Part shown: positions 16,151-27,181 of the stretch, piece after piece
Position numbering within the stretch: the stretch's first letter is position 1
How the letters are laid out: every line of letters starts with the position of its first letter
Source: Deltaproteobacteria bacterium
GTDB lineage: Bacteria > Myxococcota > Kuafuiibacteriia > Kuafuiibacteriales > Kuafuiibacteriaceae
DNA: 64,000 nucleotides
Assembly (NCBI GenBank): GCA_016703535.1
Contig: JADJBV010000002.1
Coordinates: 2,177,721 to 2,241,720 of the forward strand
Direction of reading: 5' to 3'
Translations under genes and position numbers: made by a program
The notes under the pieces: generated by a model
Told to the model about the DNA's origin: nothing
The model's input: only the letters and a program-made list of their open reading frames with translations
Database searches by the model: none

Positions 16151-16279
16151 GTAGGCGGGGGGACCCTCTCCCGTAGCGAACAGTCTGGGGCAGGAGGGTC
16201 GGGGCCCCAGGGGGCCCAGGACGGGCCCCTCTGTTCGCGAGGGAGAGGGTCCCCCCGCCGAAAGCCGAAGTGTACCTCG
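16151..16279. repeat. About 130-nt imperfect inverted repeat (long hairpin/cruciform). Arms GCTTCGGC..GGCGGGGGGACCCTCTCCC..GCGAACAG pair with CTGTTCGC..GGGAGAGGGTCCCCCCGCC..GCCGAAG.
   Basis: Left arm ~16151-16191 and right arm ~16238-16279 pair as 7+19+7 bp with two internal loops. The central ~46-nt loop itself contains GGGGCCCC palindromes. The hairpin sits between repeat arrays A and B. Confidence 0.6.
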
Positions 16280-16284
16280 GCCCC

Positions 16285-16535
16285 CCCGCAACCCACCTCA
16301 CGCAACCCACGCCCGCAGCCCACCTCACGCAACCCACCCCGCGCAACCCACCTTGCGAATCCACCGCCCCGCAACCCACCTTGTAAAGCCCAGCGCTCGC
16401 AACCCAACTTGCGAATCCACCTCGCGCAACCCAACTTGCGAATCCACCTCGCGCAACCCAACTTGCGAATCCACCGCCCCGCAACCCACCTTGCGAAGCC
16501 CAAGCGCCCGCAATCCACCTTGCGAACCAACAACC
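16285..16535. repeat. Tandem repeat array B: about 8-9 degenerate copies of a 25-29-nt unit CGCAACCCA(A/C)CTTGCGAATCCACC(T/GCCC), each with a small palindrome CGCAA-N6-TTGCG
   Basis: Seen directly. The units are contiguous with no unique spacers. Every unit carries a 5-bp inverted repeat with a 6-nt loop. The array lies downstream of the ABC permease gene, which runs convergently on the minus strand. Confidence 0.7.
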
Positions 16536-16560
16536 ACCCCGAGCGCCTCACCGCGCGAAG

Positions 16561-19127
16561 TTATTCGTAGGAGAGGGCCTCAGTGACATCCATCCGAGCC
16601 GCCCGCCGCCCCGGCAACAGCCCTGCCAAGGCCGCGGTGACCACCACGGTGATGGCCACCCGAGCCGCCGCGGCCGCCGGGAAGCTGTAGTCGACGTGCC
16701 AGCCCGTGGAAGCCAAGGCGACGGTGCGAACGAAGACCAGGCCCATCGGGACCCCCAAAAAGAGGCCGGTGAGGGCCGACGCGAGCCCAAGGAAGCCGGC
16801 CTCGGCCACCACACTGACGGCGACCTGCCGCTGAGTGGCACCGACCGCCCGCAACACGCCGATCTCCCGGATCCGATCGATGACCGCGGCCAACATGGTG
16901 CCGACCACCCCAAGGAGGGCCACCGCCAAGGTGATGAAGTCGGTGGACTTCAGGATCGCCAAAGATTGGGTGACCACTCGGCGAATCTCCTCTCGCAGCT
17001 TGGAGGCCGGGGTGATGAACAAAGCGCGGTCGTCGCCGAAGCGCCGCTTCACCTCGGCCACCACCTGATCCACGTCGACCCCGTCCTTCAGGTAGAGGTC
17101 CATCGAGTCGACCAGATCGTCTTGCCAGTACTCCTGGAACCAGCGCCGATCGATGAAGCCCAGGCCCTGGTCCGAGGTGTAGTCCACGAAGATCGCCCGC
17201 ACCTCGAACTTATGCCGGCCGGTGGGGGTGTCGATCTCCAAGGTGTCACCCGGGTGTTTGCCGAGGCGCCGGGCGCCATTTTCGGACAACATGATCCGGG
17301 GCTCGGCGTAGAGCTCACCCCGCTGCACCTCACCTTCGGTGTACTTCAGCTTCCGCTTTCGGCGCTCCTGCTGGGCCAGATAACGGTCGGTGTTGAGCGA
17401 CAAGAGCTGGAGCCGCAGCGGGCCGACCTCTTGGTTGATGATCCGGGCGGGCTGGACCACGTCGACGCCGGGGATGTCGGCCAGGCGCTCCATCATCTCG
17501 GGGCGGAAGGGCACGTTGTGTTGGTCGGCCAATGGAGAACCGGCGGTGATCAAGACGTCGGCGGGGACCGACTGCTCGACCCAGTCCATCATCGACATCT
17601 CCAAGGAGCGGCCCCAGCTGGCGATGCAGACCCCAGAGGCCACCGAGACCATCAAGGCCGCGACGGTCAAGACGCTGCGCTCCATCGAACGCTCCACGTT
17701 GTCGACGGCCAGGCGCCCTGGCACACCCAACCAGGCCTCGAAGATTCCGCCCATCGCTCGCCGAAAGATCAAGACGAAGCTGGGGACGAACAAGGTGGCC
17801 GCCACCACAAAGAGGCCGAGGGACACAAAACCCAAGACCAAAACCTCGGCCCCCAACCACGCGGTGGCGAAGGCCGGCAACAAACACAGGAGCCCCGCGA
17901 ACAACATCTTCCGATGCGGCAAGCGGCGCCGCGCCGTGGCCGAACTTCGGGCCCGGCGTAAGGTCTCCACCGGATCGACGTGGGCCGCGGCCCGGGCTGG
18001 CAGGTAGGCGGCCACCAAGGTCGCGATCATCCCCGACAACACCCCGTAGATCCCAAGATCCAAGGTGATCTTGGGCGGGGTCGGCTGGATCGGGGCGTAG
18101 AACTGGCTGACGTTGCCGGTGGTCTGATCGAGCGCCAGTTGGGCCAAACCGTGGGCCAACAACAAGCCAAATAGGCCGCCGACCAGGCCCAAGATCCCCG
18201 CCTCCAAACAGAAGGTCAACACGACCCGCCCTTGGGACACGCCGATCGCGCGGAGGATTCCGATCTCGCGCCGCCGCTGGGCCACCGCCACGCTGACCGC
18301 GTTGTAGATCAGGAACATGCCGACCATCAGGGCAATCAGGCCCGCCACTTGGATGCCGGCCTCCAGCGGCCCCAAGATGCCCGCCAGGTGTTGGGCCCGG
18401 CCCTCGGGGCCCTCGACCCGGCCCCGACCGCCGACCACCTTTTGCAAGACAACTTGCATTGCCGCCGCGGTGTGTTCGGGCGCCACCGCGATCTCGATCC
18501 GATCGACCCGTTCGCCCCGGCCGAAGCTGAGCATGAGCGCCTCGGTGTACATCACCGCCACTTGCCCGCCGAAGGCCGCGGTGGGGCCTTCGTCCTCGAG
18601 GATGCCGCGGATCCTAAAGGCCTTGGTGCCTTCGCCGGTCACCAACTCCAAGGCGCCGCCCAACTCGAGCTTCTGCCGCTCGGCCAACTTGCGGCTCACC
18701 AAAATGCCGACCGGATCGTTGATCAGCTCCAGCGGATCTTCGACCGCGTCTTGGCCGGCCGTCGACTTAAACGGCAAAAAGTAGCGGTCGCCCAAGAAAT
18801 CGACGCCCAACACCAACAGCGGACCATCGCCGCCCGGCTGACGCGTGATCACCTCCAAGGTGCCGGCGGCGTGGGCCACCCCTTTGGTGTCCAAGATCGC
18901 CTCGACCAACTCACTCGGCACCCCGACGTCACCGTTGGTGACCACCAGATCGGCTTTACCGGCGACTCGACCCACGGTTTCGGTGAAGGCCCCGACCAAG
19001 CTGCGGTTGACCGCGGTGGTGGCGACCAACATGGCCACCCCCAGTCCAATTCCGAACAACACCAACAAGGTGCGGAGCGGCGAATGCACCAAGTGCCGGA
19101 GGGAGATCTCGCGGAGCAGCGACAACA

Positions 19128-19128
<1 letters not shown>
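16561..19128 (-). CDS. ABC transporter permease, MacB/FtsX-like with duplicated FtsX domains (855 aa)
   Basis: N-terminal TM helix, a large periplasmic domain, then FtsX 4-TM bundles twice. The start overlaps the stop of the upstream ATPase gene (TGATG). Confidence 0.85.
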
Positions 19129-19820
<692 letters not shown>

Positions 19821-20085
19821 CCGGCCCCGGAAGCTAGCAGGGTGCGGAAAAAGGGGCACTACTGCGGAAGGCGATCAGGGGGCTGCGAGCGGCGGACTCT
19901 TCGCTGCGCTGCTCAACGTACCGAATCAAGTACGCTTCCGCTGCTCGCTCCTCGTGCGCCGCTCTCGCTCCCCTGCTCGCCTCCTCGCTACGCGCCTCTT
20001 TCCCCGCGCCCTGCTCGTACACGCGGTTCGGGATCGCGAGGTTTGGCTGCGGGGTTTGCTCGAACATGTGGTAGATGCCCCACCC

Positions 20086-21627
20086 ATGCACGACCCGAAG
20101 TTGGCCGCCGAGGCCCTGGCCGAGCTCCCCGCCGACATCGCCGACAGCCCACTCTTCAACGGCGACCTGGCGCCGGTGCCCAAAGGGCGGCGGGACTGGA
20201 CCACCTACAACTTCGCGGCGCTCTGGATCTCGATGGCCCACTGCATCCCAACCTACATGTTGGCGGGCGGGTTGATCTCGGTGGGCATGAACTGGTGGCA
20301 GGCGCTGCTGACCATCGGCCTCGGCAACATCATCGTGCTCGGGCCGATCCTGCTCAACGCCCACCCGGGCACCAAATACGGGATCCCGTTCCCCGTCTTG
20401 GCTCGCTCTTCCTTCGGTACGGTCGGCGCCAACGTCCCGGCGGTGTTGCGGGCGATCGTCGCCTGCGGCTGGTTCGGCATCCAGACCTTCATCGGCGGTG
20501 AGGCGGTGAAGACCTTCCTCGAGGCCCTCTGGCCTGCCTACGCCGGGCTCGGTGGAGGCGTTCAGATCTTGGGGCTGTCGATCCCCAGCGCCATCACCTT
20601 TTTGGTCTTTTGGGCCCTCAACATCTTGATCATCTACCGAGGCATGGACGCGGTGCGGGTGTTCGAGAACTGGGCCGCGCCGTTGGTGTTGGTGATGGCC
20701 GCGGTGCTGATGATCTGGGCCGTATCGGTGGCTGGCGGCCTGGGGCCGATGTTGTCTCAGCCGTCGAAGTTCGAGAGTTTTGGCGCCTTCTGGAAGGTCT
20801 TTATCCCGTCCCTGACGGGCATGATCGGCTTTTGGGCCACCCTCTCCTTGAACATCCCGGACTTCACCCGCTTCGGCAAAGGTCAAAAGGAGCAGATGCT
20901 CGGCCAGACCTTGGGCCTGCCCACCACCATGATCGCTTTTTCGGCGATGGGGGTGGTGATCACCTCGGCGTCCCACGCGATCTTGGTGGGCACCCCGGTT
21001 GAGAAGTTGTGGGATCCGGTCTTCATCTTGGCTCAGCTCACCTCCGCCGCACCGCCGCCCGGCCTCGCCGAACCGCTGATCGCTTCGCCGGGCATTCGGC
21101 TCCTGGTGGCGGTCGTGGCCTTGTTCGGCGTTGCGGTGGCGACCATCTCGGTGAACATCGCCGCCAACGTGGTCAGCCCCGCCAACGACTTTGCCAACTT
21201 GGCGCCGCGGCTGATCAGCTTCAAGACCGGCGGCCTGATCACCGGCCTGCTCGGCATCGCGATCATGCCCTGGAAGTTGTTGTCCAGCGCCGAGGTCTAC
21301 ATCTTCAACTGGTTGATCGGTTATTCGGCGCTGCTCGGCCCGATCGCCGGGATCATGGTCGCCGACTACTGGCTGCTCCGGAACAAGACCTTGGACGTGC
21401 CGGATCTCTATCGCCCCAACGGCCGTTATGCCGGCGTCAACTGGATCGCGATCGCCGCGTTGTTCATCGGGGTGTTGCCGAACCTGCCGGGCTTTTTGCA
21501 GAGCGCCAAACTCACCCAGATGGAGCCCGGGTTCTTCGACGCGATCTATCCTTACGCCTGGTTCACGGGCTTCCTCTTGGCGGGTGGGCTCTACCTGCTC
21601 GCCATGAAGCGGAAGCCGGCGCGCTGA
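20086..21627 (+). CDS. NCS1 family nucleobase:cation symporter (cytosine/allantoin/hydantoin permease type)
   Basis: Start at MHDPKLAAE (ATG verified in frame). The 12-TM profile and sequence are typical of NCS1 (WISMAHCIPTYMLAG, GWFGIQTFIGG, NIPDFTRF). Confidence 0.8.
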   Translation: MHDPKLAAEALAELPADIADSPLFNGDLAPVPKGRRDWTTYNFAALWISMAHCIPTYMLAGGLISVGMNWWQALLTIGLGNIIVLGPILLNAHPGTKYGIPFPVLARSSFGTVGANVPAVLRAIVACGWFGIQTFIGGEAVKTFLEALWPAYAGLGGGVQILGLSIPSAITFLVFWALNILIIYRGMDAVRVFENWAAPLVLVMAAVLMIWAVSVAGGLGPMLSQPSKFESFGAFWKVFIPSLTGMIGFWATLSLNIPDFTRFGKGQKEQMLGQTLGLPTTMIAFSAMGVVITSASHAILVGTPVEKLWDPVFILAQLTSAAPPPGLAEPLIASPGIRLLVAVVALFGVAVATISVNIAANVVSPANDFANLAPRLISFKTGGLITGLLGIAIMPWKLLSSAEVYIFNWLIGYSALLGPIAGIMVADYWLLRNKTLDVPDLYRPNGRYAGVNWIAIAALFIGVLPNLPGFLQSAKLTQMEPGFFDAIYPYAWFTGFLLAGGLYLLAMKRKPAR

Positions 21628-21631
21628 TCCG

Positions 21632-22588
21632 CTACTGTTGCTGGGCCTCGAAGGCCACGTAGATCTTGGGGGCGATCGCGTCGGGCACGACCTTGAGGAG
21701 CCCACCGTAGGCATCACCTTGACGGAGCGTCACTTTGCCGCCGTCTTCGCCGCCCGAGTACTTCACGCTGCCGCCCAGCTCGACCAACGACTGATAAGGG
21801 AACAGGCCGAGGGCCTCCCGGCCGACGATGTCGCGCAACACTTGGCAGGCATCGACCAAGGTCCCGGCGCTGATGTCCACGCTGAGCAGCCCGACGTCGA
21901 CCTCCAGCTCCGACCTGCCGTTGAGGATCGCGTTGACCAAAGTCGAACACTCGAGGGCCGCCAAGACGCTGTTTTTTTGGCTCTCCAAGCCGGCGCCCAA
22001 GACCACCACCTCCGCCAAAGACAAGACCAAACCACCAAAACCGAGGGGCACCTCGTGGGGCTCGAGGACAAACTCCTCGTCCTCGACCTCGCCGTTCCAT
22101 TCGGCGATCACGCCGTCGGGGTTGAGCTGTTCGCCGGTCACCCGGTGTACGCCGTTGGCGATGGCCATCTCGAAGGCAGTGAAGGTCTCTTTGCCTTCGA
22201 CGCCGTCGCCACCTTCTTCCAGCTCCAAGGTGCTGGTGACCGTCACGTCGGCCAGGGCACCCCTCAGCGCCAAGGTCGTGCTCCCATCGGCGCGGAGCTC
22301 CGGAGCCAACTCCTGATCGATCAGCGTCCGCAAGGTGGGGCGCACCAGGCCATCCAGGCCCACCGCCAGGTCGTCGGCGGTCCCGAAGGGCAGGGGGGTC
22401 TTGTCGGCGATCTCGGCGATCAACAGATCGATCACCGCGTCGCTGGCGCTGCGGCCGTCGGCCAGCGGACCACTGAGGTTCCAGTGGCCGGTGGTGGTGT
22501 AGCTCCCGACCCACTCCGGATCGCCGCAAGCGGTTGAGAACAAGGCCAGCCCCAAAAGAGAGGCCGCCCCGTGGAACGTACGTTTCAT
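21632..22588 (-). CDS. Secreted hypothetical protein (signal peptide MKRTFHGAASLLGLALFSTACG, possible lipoprotein)
   Basis: Signal peptide plus Cys. The mature part is acidic with no recognised domain. The track ORF start at 22669 lacks a signal peptide, so I prefer 22588. Confidence 0.5.
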   Translation of the reverse strand: MKRTFHGAASLLGLALFSTACGDPEWVGSYTTTGHWNLSGPLADGRSASDAVIDLLIAEIADKTPLPFGTADDLAVGLDGLVRPTLRTLIDQELAPELRADGSTTLALRGALADVTVTSTLELEEGGDGVEGKETFTAFEMAIANGVHRVTGEQLNPDGVIAEWNGEVEDEEFVLEPHEVPLGFGGLVLSLAEVVVLGAGLESQKNSVLAALECSTLVNAILNGRSELEVDVGLLSVDISAGTLVDACQVLRDIVGREALGLFPYQSLVELGGSVKYSGGEDGGKVTLRQGDAYGGLLKVVPDAIAPKIYVAFEAQQQ

Positions 22589-22701
22589 GGGGCCAGTATG
22601 CCCCAGGACCCGGCCGCCACCGAGGTGGCCCAAATCTGTGCGCGCCGCCAATTGCCGACCCTCACCCACCGGCCGCCTGTGCCGGCCCTCACGTCACACC
22701 C

Positions 22702-23502
22702 CTATTCGATGACCAGATCTTTGGGCAACAACAGCAGCGCGATCCCCGCGACGATCCGGTAGATGGCGAAGCCCCGGAAGGTGTGGCCGGCGACAAAACG
22801 CAGCAGCCAACGAATGGTGGCCCAGGCCACAAAAAACGCGACGGTCATGCCCAGCAAAAACGAGGGCCCGGTGCCCGAAAGTTGATCCCGGAACTTGAGC
22901 AGTTCGTAGCCCGAGGCCGCGAACATGGTGGGGATGGCGAGGTAAAACGAAAAGAGCGTGGCGGTGGGGCGATCCAACTTCACCGCCAAACCACCGATGA
23001 TGGTGGAGCCGCTCCGGCTCATGCCGGGCCACAAGGCGAGGATCTGCGCGCACCCCACCAAAAGAGCCTGGCGCCGGGTGATGTCCAAGAGGCGGACCGT
23101 GCGATCGCTGACCTTCGGGTCCCCTCGATCCAGGAAGAGGATGGCCACGCCGCCGACGATCCACGCCAAAGAGACGCCGACCGGGCTCTCGAGCAAGGCG
23201 GAGATCGCGTCGTGAAAGAGGAAACCCAAGATCGCGCTCGGCAAAAATCCCAGGGCCAACTTGATCACCAAGTCCACGGTCTGGGCTCGGCTGTGGCTCA
23301 ACAGGCTCCAGATCTCGCGGCGGCGATCGACCAACACCGCCAAGATCGCGCCCAGCTGGATCACCACCAAAAAAGGCTCGCGCCAGATCGGATTGAAGGA
23401 CAGTAGGCGCGCCGCCACCACCAAGTGACCGGTGCTCGAGATCGGGAGGAACTCCGTTAGTCCTTCCACCAAGGCCAAGATCAGGATCGGCAGCCAGAGC
23501 AC
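22702..23502 (-). CDS. uppP: Undecaprenyl-diphosphate phosphatase UppP/BacA
   Basis: MLWLPILILALVEGLTEFLPISSTGHL... is the hallmark N-terminus of UppP. It is a 266-aa polytopic membrane protein. Confidence 0.85.
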   Translation of the reverse strand: MLWLPILILALVEGLTEFLPISSTGHLVVAARLLSFNPIWREPFLVVIQLGAILAVLVDRRREIWSLLSHSRAQTVDLVIKLALGFLPSAILGFLFHDAISALLESPVGVSLAWIVGGVAILFLDRGDPKVSDRTVRLLDITRRQALLVGCAQILALWPGMSRSGSTIIGGLAVKLDRPTATLFSFYLAIPTMFAASGYELLKFRDQLSGTGPSFLLGMTVAFFVAWATIRWLLRFVAGHTFRGFAIYRIVAGIALLLLPKDLVIE

Positions 23503-23585
23503 GAGGGCCTGTTAGCCTTTTTCAATCGGCGGGTCCAACGGCGCTTTGTGCGCCCGAGGCCGGAGGTCACCGGTAAAGAGGGGCG

Positions 23586-24152
23586 ATGACGCGACGTACC
23601 GCCTCCCAATTCGGCCTGGCTTTCCTGGTCGGGCTCGCCCTCGGGTGCAGCGACGATCCCAGCGACGACCGAGGCAACGGGGCCGACAGCGGCGCCGTCG
23701 CCGACAGCGGCGCGACCGATCAGGGCGTCGCGGACACCGGCGCCGATCTGGGCGTCGACTCGGGCCCGGCCGACACCGGGCTCGTCGACAGCGGCGTCTT
23801 CGACCTGGGGCTCACCGACAGCGGCCTGCACGACAGCGGCGTCCACGACACCGGGGCCAACTTTCCGGATGGCGGCCAGGCCGACGCCGAGGTCGACGCG
23901 GGCGTAAGTTGTGGTCTGCTCGGCACCGAATGCAGCGGCGGCGATGACTGCGGCCCCAACCTGTTCTGCGGCTTTGAAGGCATCTGCGTGCCGATCCCCG
24001 AGTGTGGTGGCTTCGTGATGGCCTCTTGCCCCAACACCTCTCCGATCTGCCTGTACTACGCGGGCGCCGACATCGGGCCTTGCTTCACCCAGTTCGAGCG
24101 CAACTGTGTCTGCAACAACCCCAACATCTCCCGCTTGTTCGCTGGGTGTTAG
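23586..24152 (+). CDS. Secreted lipoprotein with Asp-Ser/Thr-Gly repeats and a Cys-rich C-terminal module
   Basis: Signal peptide ending in a lipobox-like LALGCS. About 14 copies of a (V/A)xDxG(A/V/L) pentad (DSGAVADSGATDQGVADTGADLGVDSGPADTGLVDSGVFDLGLTDSGLHDSGVHDTG). The C-terminal 70 aa carry 12 Cys. Confidence 0.55.
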   Translation: MTRRTASQFGLAFLVGLALGCSDDPSDDRGNGADSGAVADSGATDQGVADTGADLGVDSGPADTGLVDSGVFDLGLTDSGLHDSGVHDTGANFPDGGQADAEVDAGVSCGLLGTECSGGDDCGPNLFCGFEGICVPIPECGGFVMASCPNTSPICLYYAGADIGPCFTQFERNCVCNNPNISRLFAGC

Positions 24153-24228
24153 CGATCCGTTTGAGCCGGCCCGGCGACCGCACAAGCCGCTCTTGGGGCC
24201 GGGACCTGCGGTCTGCTACCCTGGACAA

Positions 24229-24942
24229 GTGTTGGGACGGTTGGGTTTGGTCCTCCTGATCTCGGGGAGCGGGTGCCTCCTCGAGATCGACGAGGCCTTG
24301 ATCCCAGGCCGCGGTCCGGGGGACGGCGGTGTTCGCCCCGACGGCGGGCCGGACGGGTGCCCCGCTGACCAGGTGCCCCTCGTTTCCGGGGGCTGCATCG
24401 ATCGCACCGAGGTCAACAACCAAGCCTACCGAGCCTTCGTCGACGCTCGGGGTGGCGACCTCTCGGGGCGCCCCGAAGCTTGCGCCTTCGACACCCAAAA
24501 CGAGCCGAGCCAGGAGTGGCCGCCCTCCCAGGGGCGCTTGGAGCACCCGGTCACCTTCGTGGACTGGTGTGATGCCTTTGCCTACTGCTCCTACCTGGGC
24601 CGGTCCCTCTGCGCCGCCGGGGCCTGGCGGGAGGCCTGCGGGACCCTGGCCTATCCTTATGGGGCCAGTTATCAAGCGGGGACCTGCCAAGGGGACGCCC
24701 AGAACCCCGGTCAACGCCGCACCGATCCGGTCGGGAGTCACCCCGGGTGTGTCGGGCCGAGTGGCGCCCTGGATCTGTCGGGGAGCGTCGAAGAATGGAT
24801 CAACGACTGCGCCGGCGACCAGTGTGGGTTGGCGGGCGGGAGCTTCCTCGATCCGCCGGCCTCTTTGACCTGCACCGCACCCCGAACGGCCCCGATCGGC
24901 AGTTCGGCTCAAGCCCGTGGCTTCCGGTGTTGCAGCCCCTGA
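24229..24942 (+). CDS. Formylglycine-generating-enzyme (FGE/SUMF1) domain protein, secreted or lipid-anchored
   Basis: FGE-domain blocks IDRTEVNNQAYRAFV, HPVTFVDWCDAFAYCSYLG, GSVEEWINDC and RGFRCC. I prefer the GTG start at 24229, which gives the signal peptide VLGRLGLVLLISGSGC. The track ORF starts at 24106. Confidence 0.65.
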   Translation: MLGRLGLVLLISGSGCLLEIDEALIPGRGPGDGGVRPDGGPDGCPADQVPLVSGGCIDRTEVNNQAYRAFVDARGGDLSGRPEACAFDTQNEPSQEWPPSQGRLEHPVTFVDWCDAFAYCSYLGRSLCAAGAWREACGTLAYPYGASYQAGTCQGDAQNPGQRRTDPVGSHPGCVGPSGALDLSGSVEEWINDCAGDQCGLAGGSFLDPPASLTCTAPRTAPIGSSAQARGFRCCSP

Positions 24943-24961
24943 CGTAGCATCCCAGGTGCGG

Positions 24962-26368
24962 ATGACCGACACCCAGAGCCTCCCGGTCGGACGTGGTGCC
25001 CCCACGCCCACCGACGGCCCCCCTGCGTTGGTCGGGGTGGGCACCCGCCTCGGCCGCTACGAGATCTTGGCGCCCCTGGCCCGAGGCGGCATGGCCGAGG
25101 TCTGGGTGGCGCGACAGAGCGGCGAGTTGGGCTTTGAGCGAGAGGTCGCGCTCAAGACCATCCGCCCCGAACACGCCAAAGACGTCGCGTTTCGCCGGAG
25201 TTTCTTGGAGGAGGCCCGAGTCGCCTCCCGGCTGCGGCACGCCCACGTCGTCGAAGTTCTGGACCTGGGCGAAGAGGCGGACGTCGTTTATCTGGCCATG
25301 CCCCTGGTGGACGGGCCTTCACTCCGCCAACTCGAAGATCAAGAGGGGCGGTTGCCGTTGCAACTTGCCTTGCGGATCATGCTCGACGTGTTGGCGGGGC
25401 TGCACGCCGCCCATGAGTTGGCCGACGCCAAAGGCACGCCGATGCAGCTGGTGCATCGGGACGTGTCGCCGCACAACGTCTTGATCGGCCGAGACGGGAT
25501 CGCCAAGTTGGCCGACTTCGGGGTGGCCAAAGCCCTGGGGCGGTTGGTGGAGGAGACCGATCAAGGCCAGCTGCGGGGCAAAATCGGCTATTTTTCGCCG
25601 GAACAAGTGCAGCGACAGCCGATCGATCGTCGCAGCGATCTCTTTTCGGTCGGCGTGATCCTCTGGGAACTCGCCACTCACCGCCGCCTGTTTTTGGGGG
25701 GAGATCTGATCGAGGCCCTGGTCCGGGTGGCCAAGGCCGATGCCCCGAACCCGCGCCGTTTTGCCCCCGACGTGCCCGAGCCGGTGGCCGCGGTGATCGG
25801 TCGGGCGTTGTGCCGTGATCCCGCGGGCCGGCCCGGGACCGCCGCCGAGTTGGCCTCGGCCTTGGAGGCGGCGGCTCAAACGGCGGGGGTGGCGATCGCG
25901 ACCCACCGGGAGTTGGCGGCCCGGGTGGCCCAGGTCTCCCCGCCCCGCACCTTCCCCAAGCGGGCGCCGTTGCCCCTGACCCCACTCCCGGTCGAAGCCC
26001 AAAGTGAGGGCCTTCAGGTGGTCGCGACGGGGGTCAGCGAGGCCTTGCCACGCCGGCCTTGGGTCCCCCTCGGCCTGGTCGCCGGGGCGATCGTGTTGAT
26101 CGGGGCGATCTTGGGCTTTGTCGGGTCCCGCCGGACACCGGAGGTCCAGGCCCTGCCGACGCCCCCGCCGGTCGCCGAGATCGCCCCCGCCGCACCGCCG
26201 CCGTCCACCATCGAACCGCCCCCGGTGGAGGCGCCGCCGCCGGACCCCACAAACCGGGCGGTGGACCCCAGCCCGAGTGAAGGGCCAAGCCGCAGCTCGA
26301 ACAAGAGGTCCACCCCTCGGACCCAGCCGCCCTCGAAGCCCAAGTTCGCCAACCCCTACGGACCATGA
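24962..26368 (+). CDS. Ser/Thr protein kinase (Hanks-type) with a Pro-rich linker and C-terminal TM segment
   Basis: Glycine-rich loop LARGGMAEVWVA, VAIK-like ALKTIRPE, catalytic loop HRDVSPHNVLI, DFG and the GKIGYFSPE activation segment. A TM helix lies near residue 370, followed by a Pro-rich tail. Confidence 0.85.
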   Translation: MTDTQSLPVGRGAPTPTDGPPALVGVGTRLGRYEILAPLARGGMAEVWVARQSGELGFEREVALKTIRPEHAKDVAFRRSFLEEARVASRLRHAHVVEVLDLGEEADVVYLAMPLVDGPSLRQLEDQEGRLPLQLALRIMLDVLAGLHAAHELADAKGTPMQLVHRDVSPHNVLIGRDGIAKLADFGVAKALGRLVEETDQGQLRGKIGYFSPEQVQRQPIDRRSDLFSVGVILWELATHRRLFLGGDLIEALVRVAKADAPNPRRFAPDVPEPVAAVIGRALCRDPAGRPGTAAELASALEAAAQTAGVAIATHRELAARVAQVSPPRTFPKRAPLPLTPLPVEAQSEGLQVVATGVSEALPRRPWVPLGLVAGAIVLIGAILGFVGSRRTPEVQALPTPPPVAEIAPAAPPPSTIEPPPVEAPPPDPTNRAVDPSPSEGPSRSSNKRSTPRTQPPSKPKFANPYGP

Positions 26369-27171
26369 TCACCTTGCTCCTCCTGCTCTCGGCGCCTACG
26401 CCCGAGGCTCAAAAGTTGGCCCAGCAGAGTTTTGCGGAAGCCGAGCTGGCCTTCGGTCGCCGGGAGTACGCCGCCGCCGCCGCCGCCTTCGAACAAGCGG
26501 CCCGGGCCGTGCCTCACCCCGCCCCTTGGCTCAACGCCGCTGAAGCCTGGGAGAAGGCCGGCGCCATCGATCGGGCCGCTGAAGATTGTGAGCAGGCCCT
26601 GGCGGTGCCGGAGGCCTCGGCGGTGCATCGGCAGGCGGCGTTTGCCTGTCTGGATCGACACGGCCCCCAGCTGGCCTTCCTCGAGGTCCAAGGTCCCAGC
26701 ACCGGCACCGCGCGGATCGACGATCGGAGTTCGGATCTGCCGACCCGTCGTTGGTTGCGCCCGGGCCGATATGTCCTGCGCCTCGAGGACCGAACCTCGG
26801 GGACCCAAGAGGAAGAGGTGTTGAACTTGGTCGCCGGTCAACGTTTGACCCGGGCCTTGACCCCGCCCCCTCCGCCGCCGGCGTTGCCCCGGGTGTTGAC
26901 CCAAACCCCGACCTCGAGCCCTGCTTTGATCGCTGAAAGCCCAGGTCCGGGGATCGCCACCTGGGCCGCCTTTGGCGTGGCCGGGGGCGCGACCCTCGGC
27001 GCCGCCATCTTGGGCGCACTGACGGTCTCGGCCCAGAGCAACTTCGAGGCGGCCCCCAGCCAAGACGCCGCCGATACATTTTATGGGCGACGCACTGGGA
27101 CCAACGTGGCGTTGGCGGTGGCGATCGGCGCGGCGGGGGCGGGGCTGCTCTTTTGGGCCCTCGAGTTGTAG
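26365..27171 (+). CDS. Hypothetical membrane-anchored protein (helical repeat N-terminal domain, C-terminal TM helices), translationally coupled to the kinase
   Basis: ATGA overlap with the kinase stop. Features are a signal-like N-terminus, TPR-like helices and C-terminal Ala/Gly-rich TM helices. Confidence 0.5.
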   Translation: MITLLLLLSAPTPEAQKLAQQSFAEAELAFGRREYAAAAAAFEQAARAVPHPAPWLNAAEAWEKAGAIDRAAEDCEQALAVPEASAVHRQAAFACLDRHGPQLAFLEVQGPSTGTARIDDRSSDLPTRRWLRPGRYVLRLEDRTSGTQEEEVLNLVAGQRLTRALTPPPPPPALPRVLTQTPTSSPALIAESPGPGIATWAAFGVAGGATLGAAILGALTVSAQSNFEAAPSQDAADTFYGRRTGTNVALAVAIGAAGAGLLFWALEL

Positions 27172-27181
27172 GCTCGGGCCC

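Noticed and set aside
15850-16535. Possible CRISPR array, because of regularly recurring 25-29-nt repeats
   Set aside because: The repeat units are directly contiguous or degenerate with no unique spacers of regular length. There are two unrelated repeat families, and no cas genes in the window. I classify the region as tandem repeats plus an inverted repeat.
15191-16570. 459-aa plus-strand ORF (and 15762..16154, 16092..16551 and others) translating to Pro/Ser/Ala-rich repetitive protein
   Set aside because: It overlaps the well-supported DJ-1 gene antisense over its first 570 nt. The remainder is simply the translation of nucleotide tandem repeats, which read open in all frames. It has no start context and its composition is not protein-like.
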